The translations under genes and the position numbers were made by a program. From the human T2T-CHM13v2.0 reference genome, Homo sapiens: a stretch of 64,000 nt of DNA. The stretch lies in NCBI RefSeq assembly GCF_009914755.1, contig NC_060925.1. One strand, 5' to 3'. Shown here one piece after another: positions 15,701 to 30,550 of the stretch (position 1 is its first letter; each line of letters begins with the position of its first letter). The notes beneath the pieces were generated by a model. It was not told the DNA's origin, did no database searches, and worked only from the letters and a program-made list of their open reading frames with translations.

Positions 15701-16599
15701 ATGGAAAGGAATGGAATCATCGCATAAAATCGAATGGAATTATCATCGAATGGAATCGAATGGTATCAACATCAAACGGAATAAAACGGAATTATCAAAT
15801 GGAATCGAAGAGAATCTTCGAACGGACCCGAATGGAATCATCTAATGGAATGGAATGGAATAATCCATGGACTGGAAGGCAATCATCATCGAATGGAATC
15901 GAATGGAATCATGGAATGGACTCGAATGGAATAATAATTGAACGGAATCGAATGGAATCATCATCGGATGGAAACGAATGGAATCATCATCGAATGGAAA
16001 TGAAAGGAGTCATCATCTAATGGAATTGCATGGAATCATCATAAAATGGAATCGAATGGAATCAACATCAAATGGAATCAAATAGAATCATTGAACGGAA
16101 TTGAATGGAATCGTCATCGAATGAATTGAATGCAATCATTGAATGGTCTCGAATGGAATCATCTTCAAATGGAATGGAATGGAATCATCGCATAGAATCG
16201 AATGGAATTATCATCGAATGGAATCTAATGGAGTCAACATCAAACGGAAAGAAACGGAATTATCGAATGGAATCGAAGAGAATCATCGAATGGACCCGAA
16301 TGGAATCATCTAATGGAATGGAATGGAATAATCCATGGACTCGAATGCAATCATCATCGAATGGAATCGAATGGAATCATCGAGTGGACTCGAATGGAAT
16401 AATCATTGAACGGAATCGAATGGCATCATCATCGGATGGAAATGAATGGAATCATCATCGAATGGAATCGAATAGAATTATGGAATGAAATCCAGTGTGA
16501 TCATCATCGAATGGACCCGAATGGAATCATCATCCAACGGAAGCTAATGGAATCAACATCGAATGAATCAAATGGAAACACCATCGAATTGAAACGAAT

Positions 16600-19500
16600 G
16601 GAATTACCATGAAATTGAAATGGATGGACTCATCATCGAATGGATTCGAAAGGAATCATCGAATAAAATTGATTGAAATCATCATCGAATGGAATCGAAT
16701 GGTATCATTGAATGGAATCGAATGGAATCATCATCAGATGGAAATGAATGGAATCGTCATAGAATGGAATCGAATGGATTCATTGAATGGAATCAGATGA
16801 AATCATCGAATGGACTGGAATGGAATCATTGAATGGACTCGAAAGGGATCATTATTGAATGGAATTGAATGGAGTCATCGAATGGTCTCGATTGGAATCA
16901 TTATGAAATGGAATCGAATGGAATCACCGAATAGAATCGAATGGAACAATCATCGAATGGACTCAAATGGAATTATCCTCCAATGGAATGGAATGGAATT
17001 ATCGAATGCAATCGAATGGAATTATCGAATGCAATCGAATAGAATCATCGAATGGACTCGAATGGAATCATCGAATGGAATGGAATGGAACAGTCAATGA
17101 ACTCGAATGGAATCATCATTGAATGGAATCGAATGCAATCATCGAGTGGAATCGAATGGAATTATGATCAAATGGAATCGAATGTAATCATCATCAAATG
17201 GAATCAAAAATAACCATCATCAATTGGTATTGAATAGAATTGTCATCAAATGGAATTCAAAGGAATCATCATCAAATGGAACCGAATGGAATCCTCATTG
17301 AATGGAAATGAAAGGGGTCATCATCTAATGGAATCACATGGAATCATCGTCAAATGGAATCGAATGGAATCATCATCAAATGGAATCTGATGGAATCATT
17401 GAACAGAATTGAATGGAATGGTCATCGAATGAATTGAATGCAATCATCGAATGGTCTCGAATGGAATCATCTTCTAATGGAAAGGAATGGAATCATCGCA
17501 TAGAATCGAATGGAATTATCATCGAATGGAATCGAATGGTATCAACATCAAACGGAAAAAAACGGAATTATCAAATGGAATCGAAGAGAATCTTCGAACG
17601 GACCCGAATGGAATCATCTAATGGAATGGAATGGAATAATCCATGGACTGGAAGGCAATCATCATCGAATGGAATCGAATGGAATCATCGAATGGACTCG
17701 AATGGAATAATCATTGAACGGAATCGAATGGAATCATCATCGGATGGAAACGAATGGAATCATCATCGAATGGAAATGAAAGGAGTCATCATCTAATGGA
17801 ATTGCATGGAATCATCATAAAATGGAATCGAATGGAATCAACATCAAATGGAATCAAATGGAATCATTGAACGGAATTGAATGGAATCGTCATCGAATGA
17901 ATTGAATGCAATCATCGAATGGTCTCGAATGGAATCATCTTCAAATGGAATGGAATGGAATCATCGCATAGAATCGAATGGAATTATCATCGAATGGAAT
18001 CGAATGGAGTCAACATCAAACGGAAAAAAACGGAATTATCGAATGGAATCGAAGAGAATCATCGAATGGACCCGAATGGAATCATCTAATGGAATGGAAT
18101 GGAATAATCCATGGACTCGAATGCAATCATCATCGAATGGAATCGAATGGAATCATCGAATGGACTCGAATGGAATAATCATTGAACGGAATCGAATGGA
18201 ATCATCATCGGATGGAAACGAATGGAATCATCATCGAATGGAAATGAAAGGAGTCATCATCTAATGGAATTGCATGGAATCATCATAAAATGGAATCGAA
18301 TGGAATCAACATCAAATGGAATCAAATGGAATCATTGAACGGAATTGAATGGAATCGTCATCGAATGAATTGAATGCAATCATCGAATGGTCTCGAATGG
18401 AATCATCTTCAAATGGAATGGAATGGAATCATCGCATAGAATCGAATGGAATTATCATCGAATGGAATCGAATGGAGTCAACATCAAACGGAAAAAAACG
18501 GAATTATCGAATGGAATCGAAGAGAATCATCGAATGGACCCGAATGGAATCATCTAATGGAATGGAATGGAATAATCCATGGACTCGAATGCAATCATCA
18601 TCGAATGGAATCGAATGGAATCATCGAATGGACTCGAATGGAATAATCATTGAACGGAATCGAATGGAATCATCATCGGATGGAAATGAATGGAATCATC
18701 ATCGAATGGAATCGAATAGAATTATGGAATGAAATCCAGTGTGATCATCATCGAATGGACCCGATTGGAATCATCATCCAACGGAAGCTAATGGAATCAA
18801 CATCGAATGAATCAAATGGAAACACCATCGAATTGAAACGAATGGAATTACCATGAAATTGAAATGGTGGACTCATCATCGAATGGATTCGAATGGAATC
18901 ATCGAATAAAATTGATTGAAATCATCATCGAATGGAATCGAATGGTATCATTTAATGGAATCGAATGGAATCATCATCAGATGGAAATGAATGGAATCGT
19001 CATAGAATGGAATCGAATGGATTCATTGAATGGAATCAGATGGAATCATCGAATGGACTGGAATGGAATCATTGAATGGACTCGAAAGGGATCATTATTG
19101 AATGGAATTGAATGGAATCATCGAATGGTCTCGATTGGAATCATTATCAAATGGAATCGAATGGAATCACCGAATAGAATCGAACGGATCAATCATCGAA
19201 TGGACTCAAATGGAATTATCCTCCAATGGAATCGAATGGAATTATCGAATGCAATCGAATGGAACTATCGAATGCAATCGAATAGAATCATCGAATGGAC
19301 TCGAATGGAATCATCGAATGGAATGGAATGGAACAGTCAATGAACACGAATAGAATCATCATTGAATGGAATCGAATGGAATCATCGAGTGGAATCGAAT
19401 GGAATTATGATCAAATGGAATCGAATGTAATCATCATCAAATGGAATCAAAAATAACCATCATCAATTGGTATTGAATGGAATTGTCATCAAATGGAATT

Positions 19501-22500
19501 CAAAGGAAACATCATCAAATGGAACCGAATGGAATCCTCATTGAATGGAAATGAAAGGGGTCATCATCTAATGGAATCGCATGGAATCATCATCAAATGG
19601 ATTCGAATGGAATCAACATCAAATGGAATCTGATGGAATCATTGAACAGAATTGAATGGAATCGTCATCGAATGAATTGAATGCAATCATCCAATGGTCT
19701 CGAATGGAATCATCTTCTAATGGAAAGGAATGGAATCATCGCATAGAATCGAATGGAATTATCATCGAATGGAATCGAATGCTATCAACACCAAACGGAA
19801 AAAAACGGAATTATCGAATGGAATCAAAGAGAATCTTCGAACGGACCCGAATGGAATCATCTAATGGAATAGAATGCAATAATCCATGGACTGGAAGGCA
19901 ATCATCATCGAATGGAATCGAATGGAATCATCGAATGGACTCGAATGGAATAATCATTGAACGGAATCGAATGGAATCATCATCGGATGCAAACGAATGG
20001 AATCATCATCGAATGGAAATGAAAGGAGTCATCATCTAATGGAATTGCATGGAATCATCATAAAATGGAATCGAATGGAATCAACATCAAATGGAATCAA
20101 ATGGAATCATTGAACGGAATTGAATGGAATCATCATCGAATGAATTGAATGCAATCATCGAATGGTCTCGAATGGAATCATCTTCAAATGGAATGGAATG
20201 GAATCATCGCATAGAATCGAATGGAATTATCATCGAATGCAATCGAATGGCATCAACATCAAACGGAAAAAAACGGAATTATCGAATGGAATCGAAGAGA
20301 ATCATCGAATGGACCCGAATGGAATCATCTAATGGAATGGAAAGGAATAATCCATGGACTCGAATGCAATCATCATCGAATGGAATCGAATGGAATCATC
20401 GAATGGACTCGAAGGGAATAATCATTGAACAGAATCGAATGGAATCATCATCGGATGGAAATGAATGGAATCATCATCGAATGGAAATGAAAGGAGTCAT
20501 CATCTAATGGAATTGCATGGAATCATCATAAAATGGAATCGAATGGAATCAACATCAAATGGAATCAAATGGAATCATTGAACGGAATTGAATGGAATCG
20601 TCATCGAATGAATTGAATGCAGTCATCTAATGGTCTCGAATGGAATCATCTTCAAATGGAATGGAATGGAATCATCGCATAGAATCGAATGGAATTATCA
20701 TCGAATGGAATCGAATGGAATCAACATCAAACGGAAAAAAACGGAATTATCGTATGGAATCGAAGAGAATCATCGAATGGACCCAAATGGAATCATCTAA
20801 TGGAATGGAATGGAATAATCCATGGACTCGAATGTAATCATCATCGAATGGAATCGAATGGAATCATCGAATGGACTCGAATGGAATAATCATTGAACGG
20901 AATCGAATGGAATCATCATCGGATGGAAATGAATGCAATCATCATCGAATGGAATCGAATAGAATTATGGAATGAAATCCAGTGTGATCATCATCGAATG
21001 GACCCGAATGGAATCATCATCCAACGGAAGCTAATGGAATCAACATCGAATGAATCGAATGGAAACACCATCGAATTGAAACGAATGGAATTATCATGAA
21101 ATTGAAATGGATGGACTAATCATCGAATGGATTCGAATGGAATCATCGAATAAAATTGATTGAAATCATCATCAAATGGAATCGAATGGTATCATTGAAT
21201 GGAATCGAATGGAATCATCATCAGATGGAAATGAATGGAATCGTCATAGAATGGAATCGAATGGATTCATTGAATGGAATCAGATGGAATCATCGAATGG
21301 ACTGGAATGGAATCATTGAATGGACTCGAAAGGGATCATTATTGAATGGAATTGAATGGAATCATCGAATGGTCTCGATTGGAATCATTATCAAATGGAA
21401 TCGAATGGAATCACCGAATAGAATCGAATGGAACAATCATCGAATGGACTCAAATGGAATTATCCTCAAATGGAATCGAATGGAATTATCGAATGCAATC
21501 GAATGGAATTATCGAATGCAATCGAATAGAATCATCGAATGGACTCGAATGGAATCATCGAATGGAATGGAATGGAACAGTCAATGAACTCGAATGGAAT
21601 CATCATTGAATGGAATCGAATGGAATCATCGAGTGGAATCGAATGGAATTATGATCAAATGGAATCGAATGTAATCATCATCAAATGGAATAAAAAATAA
21701 CCATCATCAATTGGTATTGAATGGAATTGTCATCAAATGGAATTCAAAGGAATCATCATCAAATGGAACCGAATGGAATCCTCATTGAATGGAAATGAAA
21801 GGGGTCATCATCTAATGGAATCGCATGGAATCATCATCAAATGGAATCGAATGGAATCATCATCAAATGGAATCTAATGGAATCATTGAAAAGAATTGAA
21901 TGGAATCGTCATCGAATGAATTGAATGCAATCATCGAATGGTCTCGAATGGAATCATCTTCTAATGGAAAGGAATGTAATCATCGCATAGAATCGAATGG
22001 AACTGTCATCGAATGGAATCGAATGGTATCAACACCAAACGGAAAAAAACGGAATTTTCGAATGGAATCGAAGAGAATCTTCGAACGGACCCGAATGGAA
22101 TCGTCTAATGGAATGGAATGGAATAATCCATGGACTGGAAGGCAATCATCATCGAATGGAATCGAATGGAATCATCGAATGGACTCGAATGGAATAATCA
22201 TTGAACGGAATCGAATGGAATCATCATCGGATGGAAACGAATGGAATCATCATCGAATGGAAATGAAAGGAGTCATCATCTAATGGAATGGCATGGAATC
22301 ATCATAAAATGGAATCGAATGGAATCAACATCAAATGGAATCAAATGGAATCATTGAACGGAATTGAATGGAATCATCATCGAATGAATTGAATGCAATC
22401 ATCGAATGGTCTCGAATGGAATCATCTTCAAATGGAATGGAATGGAATCATCGCATAGAATCGAATGGAATTATCATCGAATGCAATCGAATGGCATCAA

Positions 22501-25500
22501 CATCAAACGGAAAAAAACGGAATTATCGAATGGAATCGAAGAGAATCATCGAATGGACCCGAATGGAATCATCTAATGGAATGGAATGGAATAATCCATG
22601 GACTCGAATGCAATCATCATCGAATGGAATCGAATGGAATCATCGAATGGACTCGAAGGGAATAATCATTGAACAGAATCGAATGGAATCATCATCGGAT
22701 GGAAATGAATGGAATCATCATCGAATGGAAATGAAAGGAGTCATCAGCTAATGGAATTGCATGGAATCATCATAAAATGGAATCGAATGGAATCAACATC
22801 AAATGGAATCAAATGGAATCATTGAACGGAATTGAATGGAATCGTCATCGAATGAATTGAATGCAATCATCTAATGGTCTCGAATGGAATCATCTTCAAA
22901 TGGAATAGAATGGAATCATCGCATAGAATCGAATGGAATTATCATCGAATGGAATCGAATGGAATCAACATCAAACGGAAAAAAACGGAATTATCGAATG
23001 GAATCGAAGAGAATCATCGAATGGACCCGAATGGAATCATCTAATGGAATGGAATGGAATAATCCATGGACTCGAATGCAATCATCATCGAATGGAATCG
23101 AATGGAATCATCGAATGGACTCGAAGGGAATAATCATTGAACAGAATCGAATGGAATCATCATCGGATGGAAATGAATGGAATCATCATCGAATGGAAAT
23201 GAAAGGAGTCATCATCTAATGGAATTGCATGGAATCATCATAAAATGGAATCGAATGGAATCAACATCAAATGGAATCAAATGGAATCATTGAACAGAAT
23301 TGAATGGAATCGTCATCGAATGAATTGAATGCAATCATCGAATGGTCTCGAATGGAATCATCTTCAAATGGAATGGAATGGAATCATCGCATAGAATCGA
23401 ATGGAATTATCATCGAATGGAATCGAATGGAATCAACATCAAACGGAAAAAAACGGAATTATCGAATGGAATCGAAGAGAATCATCGAATGGACCCGAAT
23501 GGAATCATCTAATGGAATGGAATGGAATAATCCATGGACACGAATGCAATCATCATCGAATGGAATCGAATGGAATCATCGAATGGACTCGAATGGAATA
23601 ATCATTGAACGGAATCGAATGGAATCATCATCGGATGGAAATGAATGGAATCATCATCGAATGGAATCGAATAGAATTATGGAATGAAATCCAGTGTGAT
23701 CATCATCGAATGGACCCGAATGGAATCATCATCCAACGGAAGCTAATGGAATCAACATCGAATGAATCAAATGGAAACACCATCGAATTGAAACGAATGG
23801 AATTACCATGAAATTGAAATGGATGGACTCATCATCGAATGGATTCGAAAGGAATCATCGAATAAAATTGATTGAAATCATCATCGAATGGAATCGAATG
23901 GTATCATTGAATGGAATCGAATGGAATCATCATCAGATGGAAATGAATGGAATCGTCATAGAATGGAATCGAATGGATTCATTGAATGGAATCAGATGGA
24001 ATCATCGAATGGACTGGAATGGAATCATTGAATGGACTCGAAAGGGATCATTATTGAATGGAATTGAATGGAGTCATCGAATGGTCTCGATTGGAATCAT
24101 TATGAAATGGAATCGAATGGAATCACCGAATAGAATCGAATGGAACAATCATCGAATGGACTCAAATGGAATTATCCTCAAATGGAATGGAATGGAATTA
24201 TCGAATGCAATCGAATGGAATTATCGAATGCAATCGAATAGAATCATCGAATGGACTCGAATGGAATCATCGAATGGAATGGAATGGAACAGTCAATGAA
24301 CTCGAATGGAATCATCATTGAATGGAATCGAATGCAATCATCGAGTGGAATCGAATGGAATTATGATCAAATGGAATCGAATGTAATCATCATCAAATGG
24401 AATCAAAAATAACCATCATCAATTGGTATTGAATAGAATTGTCATCAAATGGAATTCAAAGGAATCATCATCAAATGGAACCGAATGGAATCCTCATTGA
24501 ATGGAAATGAAAGGGGTCATCATCTAATGGAATCACATGGAATCATCGTCAAATGGAATCGAATGGAATCATCATCAAATGGAATCTGATGGAATCATTG
24601 AACAGAATTGAATGGAATGGTCATCGAATGAATTGAATGCAATCATCGAATGGTCTCGAATGGAATCATCTTCTAATGGAAAGGAATGGAATCATCGCAT
24701 AGAATCGAATGGAATTATCATCGAATGGAATCGAATGGTATCAACATCAAACGGAAAAAAACGGAATTATCAAATGGAATCGAAGAGAATCTTCGAACGG
24801 ACCCGAATGGAATCATCTAATGGAATGGAATGGAATAATCCATGGACTGGAAGGCAATCATCATCGAATGGAATCGAATGGAATCATCGAATGGACTCGA
24901 ATGGAATAATCATTGAACGGAATCGAATGGAATCATCATCGGATGGAAACGAATGGAATCATCATCGAATGGAAATGAAAGGAGTCATCATCTAATGGAA
25001 TTGCATGGAATCATCATAAAATGGAATCGAATGGAATCAACATCAAATGGAATCAAATGGAATCATTGAACGGAATTGAATGGAATCGTCATCGAATGAA
25101 TTGAATGCAATCATCGAATGGTCTCGAATGGAATCATCTTCAAATGGAATGGAATGGAATCATCGCATAGAATCGAATGGAATTATCATCGAATGGAATC
25201 GAATGGAGTCAACATCAAACGGAAAAAAACGGAATTATCGAATGGAATCGAAGAGAATCATCGAATGGACCCGAATGGAATCATCTAATGGAATGGAATG
25301 GAATAATCCATGGACTCGAATGCAATCATCATCGAATGGAATCGAATGGAATCATCGAATGGACTCGAATGGAATAATCATTGAACGGAATCGAATGGAA
25401 TCATCATCGGATGGAAATGAATGGAATCATCATCGAATGGAATCGAATAGAATTATGGAATGAAATCCAGTGTGATCATCATCGAATGGACCCGATTGGA

Positions 25501-28500
25501 ATCATCATCCAACGGAAGCTAATGGAATCAACATCGAATGAATCAAATGGAAACACCATCGAATTGAAACGAATGGAATTACCATGAAATTGAAATGGTG
25601 GACTCATCATCGAATGGATTCGAATGGAATCATCGAATAAAATTGATTGAAATCATCATCGAATGGAATCGAATGGTATCATTTAATGGAATCGAATGGA
25701 ATCATCATCAGATGGAAATGAATGGAATCGTCATAGAATGGAATCGAATGGATTCATTGAATGGAATCAGATGGAATCATCGAATGGACTGGAATGGAAT
25801 CATTGAATGGACTCGAAAGGGATCATTATTGAATGGAATTGAATGGAATCATCGAATGGTCTCGATTGGAATCATTATCAAATGGAATCGAATGGAATCA
25901 CCGAATAGAATCGAACGGATCAATCATCGAATGGACTCAAATGGAATTATCCTCCAATGGAATCGAATGGAATTATCGAATGCAATCGAATGGAACTATC
26001 GAATGCAATCGAATAGAATCATCGAATGGACTCGAATGGAATCATCGAATGGAATGGAATGGAACAGTCAATGAACACGAATAGAATCATCATTGAATGG
26101 AATCGAATGGAATCATCGAGTGGAATCGAATGGAATTATGATCAAATGGAATCGAATGTAATCATCATCAAATGGAATCAAAAATAACCATCATCAATTG
26201 GTATTGAATGGAATTGTCATCAAATGGAATTCAAAGGAAACATCATCAAATGGAACCGAATGGAATCCTCATTGAATGGAAATGAAAGGGGTCATCATCT
26301 AATGGAATCGCATGGAATCATCATCAAATGGATTCGAATGGAATCAACATCAAATGGAATCTGATGGAATCATTGAACAGAATTGAATGGAATCGTCATC
26401 GAATGAATTGAATGCAATCATCCAATGGTCTCGAATGGAATCATCTTCTAATGGAAAGGAATGGAATCATCGCATAGAATCGAATGGAATTATCATCGAA
26501 TGGAATCGAATGCTATCAACACCAAACGGAAAAAAACGGAATTATCGAATGGAATCAAAGAGAATCTTCGAACGGACCCGAATGGAATCATCTAATGGAA
26601 TAGAATGCAATAATCCATGGACTGGAAGGCAATCATCATCGAATGGAATCGAATGGAATCATCGAATGGACTCGAATGGAATAATCATTGAACGGAATCG
26701 AATGGAATCATCATCGGATGCAAACGAATGGAATCATCATCGAATGGAAATGAAAGGAGTCATCATCTAATGGAATTGCATGGAATCATCATAAAATGGA
26801 ATCGAATGGAATCAACATCAAATGGAATCAAATGGAATCATTGAACGGAATTGAATGGAATCATCATCGAATGAATTGAATGCAATCATCGAATGGTCTC
26901 GAATGGAATCATCTTCAAATGGAATGGAATGGAATCATCGCATAGAATCGAATGGAATTATCATCGAATGCAATCGAATGGCATCAACATCAAACGGAAA
27001 AAAACGGAATTATCGAATGGAATCGAAGAGAATCATCGAATGGACCCGAATGGAATCATCTAATGGAATGGAAAGGAATAATCCATGGACTCGAATGCAA
27101 TCATCATCGAATGGAATCGAATGGAATCATCGAATGGACTCGAAGGGAATAATCATTGAACAGAATCGAATGGAATCATCATCGGATGGAAATGAATGGA
27201 ATCATCATCGAATGGAAATGAAAGGAGTCATCATCTAATGGAATTGCATGGAATCATCATAAAATGGAATCGAATGTAATCAACATCAAATGGAATCAAA
27301 TGGAATCATTGAACGGAATTGAATGGAATCGTCATCGAATGAATTGAATGCAGTCATCTAATGGTCTCGAATGGAATCATCTTCAAATGGAATGGAATGG
27401 AATCATCGCATAGAATCGAATGGAATTATCATCGAATGGAATCGAATGGAATCAACATCAAACGGAAAAAAACGGAATTATCGTATGGAATCGAAGAGAA
27501 TCATCGAATGGACCCAAATGGAATCATCTAATGGAATGGAATGGAAAAATCCATGGACTCGAATGTAATCATCATCGAATGGAATCGAATGGAATCATCG
27601 AATGGACTCGAATGGAATAATCATTGAACGGAATCGAATGGAATCATCATCGGATGGAAATGAATGCAATCATCATCGAATGGAATCGAATAGAATTATG
27701 GAATGAAATCCAGTGTGATCATCATCGAATGGACCCGAATGGAATCATCATCCAACGGAAGCTAATGGAATCAACATCGAATGAATCGAATGGAAACACC
27801 ATCGAATTGAAACGAATGGAATTATCATGAAATTGAAATGGATGGACTAATCATCGAATGGATTCGAATGGAATCATCGAATAAAATTGATTGAAATCAT
27901 CATCAAATGGAATCGAATGGTATCATTGAATGGAATCGAATGGAATCATCATCAGATGGAAATGAATGGAATCGTCATAGAATGGAATCGAATGGATTCA
28001 TTGAATGGAATCAGATGGAATCATCGAATGGACTGGAATGGAATCATTGAATGGACTCGAAAGGGATCATGATTGAATGGAATTGAATGGAATCATCGAA
28101 TGGTCTCGATTGGAATCATTATCAAATGGAATCGAATGGAATCACCGAATAGAATCGAATGGAACAATCATCGAATGGACTCAAATGGAATTATCCTCAA
28201 ATGGAATCGAATGGAATTATCGAATGCAATCGAATGGAATTATCGAATGCAATCGAATAGAATCATCGAATGGACTCGAATGGAATCATCGAATGGAATG
28301 GAATGGAACAGTCAATGAACTCGAATGGAATCATCATTGAATGGAATTGAATGGAATCATCGAGTGGAATCGAATGGAATTATGATCAAATGGAATCGAA
28401 TGTAATCATCATCAAATGGAATAAAAAATAACCATCATCAATTGGTATTGAATGGAATTGTCATCAAATGGAATTCAAAGGAATCATCATCAAATGGAAC

Positions 28501-30550
28501 CGAATGGAATCCTCATTGAATGGAAATGAAAGGGGTCATCATCTAATGGAATCGCATGGAATCATCATCAAATGGAATCGAATGGAATCATCATCAAATG
28601 GAATCTAATGGAATCATTGAAAAGAATTGAATGGAATCGTCATCGAATGAATTGAATGCAATCATCGAATGGTCTCGAATGGAATCATCTTCTAATGGAA
28701 AGGAATGTAATCATCGCATAGAATCGAATGGAACTATCATCGAATGGAATCGAATGGTATCAACACCAAACGGAAAAAAACGGAATTTTCGAATGGAATC
28801 GAAGAGAATCTTCGAACGGACCCGAATGGAATCGTCTAATGGAATGGAATGGAATAATCCATAGACTGGAAGGCAATCATCATCGAATGGAATCGAATGG
28901 AATCATCGAATGGACTCGAATGGAATAATCATTGAACGGAATCGAATGGAATCATCATCGGATGGAAACGAATGGAATCATCATCGAATGGAAATGAAAG
29001 GAGTCATCATCTAATGGAATGGCATGGAATCATCATAAAATGGAATCGAATGGAATCAACATCAAATGGAATCAAATGGAATCATTGAACGGAATTGAAT
29101 GGAATCATCATCGAATGAATTGAATGCAATCATCGAATGGTCTCGAATGGAATCATCTTCAAATGGAATGGAATGGAATCATCGCATAGAATCGAATGGA
29201 ATTATCATCGAATGCAATCGAATGGCATCAACATCAAACGGAAAAAAACGGAATTATCGAATGGAATCGAAGAGAATCATCGAATGGACCCGAATGGAAT
29301 CATCTAATGGAATGGAATGGAATAATCCATGGACTCGAATGCAATCATCATCGAATGGAATCGAATGGAATCATCGAATGGACTCGAAGTGAATAATCAT
29401 TGAACAGAATCGAATGGAATCATCATCGGATGGAAATGAATGGAATCATCATCGAATGGAAATGAAAGGAGTCATCAGCTAATGGAATTGCATGGAATCA
29501 TCATAAAATGGAATCGAATGGAATCAACATCAAATGGAATCAAATGGAATCATTGAACGGAATTGAATGGAATCGTCATCGAATGAATTGAATGCAATCA
29601 TCTAATGGTCTCGAATGGAATCATCTTCAAATGGAATAGAATGGAATCATCGCATAGAATCGAATGGAATTATCATCGAATGGAATCGAATGGAATCAAC
29701 ATCAAACGGAAAAAAACGGAATTATCGAATGGAATCGAAGAGAATCATCGAATGGACCCGAATGGAATCATCTAATGGAATGGAATGGAATAATCCATGG
29801 ACTCGAATGCAATCATCATCGAATGGAATCGAATGGAATCATCGAATGGACTCGAAGGGAATAATCATTGAACAGAATCGAATGGAATCATCATCGGATG
29901 GAAATGAATGGAATCATCATCGAATGGAAATGAAAGGAGTCATCATCTAATGGAATTGCATGGAATCATCATAAAATGGAATCGAATGGAATCAACATCA
30001 AATGGAATCAAATGGAATCATTGAACAGAATTGAATGGAATCGTCATCGAATGAATTGAATGCAATCATCGAATGGTCTCGAATGGAATCATCTTCAAAT
30101 GGAATGGAATGGAATCATCGCATAGAATCGAATGGAATTATCATCGAATGGAATCGAATGGAATCAACATCAAACGGAAAAAAACGGAATTATCGAATGG
30201 AATCGAAGAGAATCATCGAATGGACCCGAATGGAATCATCTAATGGAATGGAATGGAATAATCCATGGACACGAATGCAATCATCATCGAATGGAATCGA
30301 ATGGAATCATCGAATGGACTCGAATGGAATAATCATTGAACGGAATCGAATGGAATCATCATCGGATGGAAATGAATGGAATCATCATCGAATGGAATCG
30401 AATAGAATTATGGAATGAAATCCAGTGTGATCATCATCGAATGGACCCGAATGGAATCATCATCCAACGGAAGCTAATGGAATCAACATCGAATGAATCA
30501 AATGGAAACACCATCGAATTGAAACGAATGGAATTACCATGAAATTGAAA
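16600..30550 (+). repeat. Higher-order tandem duplication with a 6731-bp period (first copy 468 bp longer, 7199 bp)
   Basis: 18349/25080, 19656/26387, 21900/28631 and 23304/30035 are +6731, while 16609/23808 and 17413/24612 are +7199. Shared private variants include GTCATCAGCT, GGACACGAAT and GGACTAATC. Confidence 0.9.
21900..24611 (+). repeat. 2712-bp unit variant with four 468-bp sub-repeats
   Basis: Sub-repeat starts at 21900, 22368, 22836 and 23304, and the next unit starts at 24612. A second copy lies at 28631-31342. Confidence 0.92.

Larger units (their letters stand above)
1..19967 (+). repeat. 11168-bp higher-order tandem repeat (one full copy plus about 0.8 copy)
   Basis: Position 1 matches 11169, including the private variant GAATACAATC. 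ORFs from 427 to 8488 recur at +11168 almost unchanged. Similarity in register ends near 8800/19968. Confidence 0.93.
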
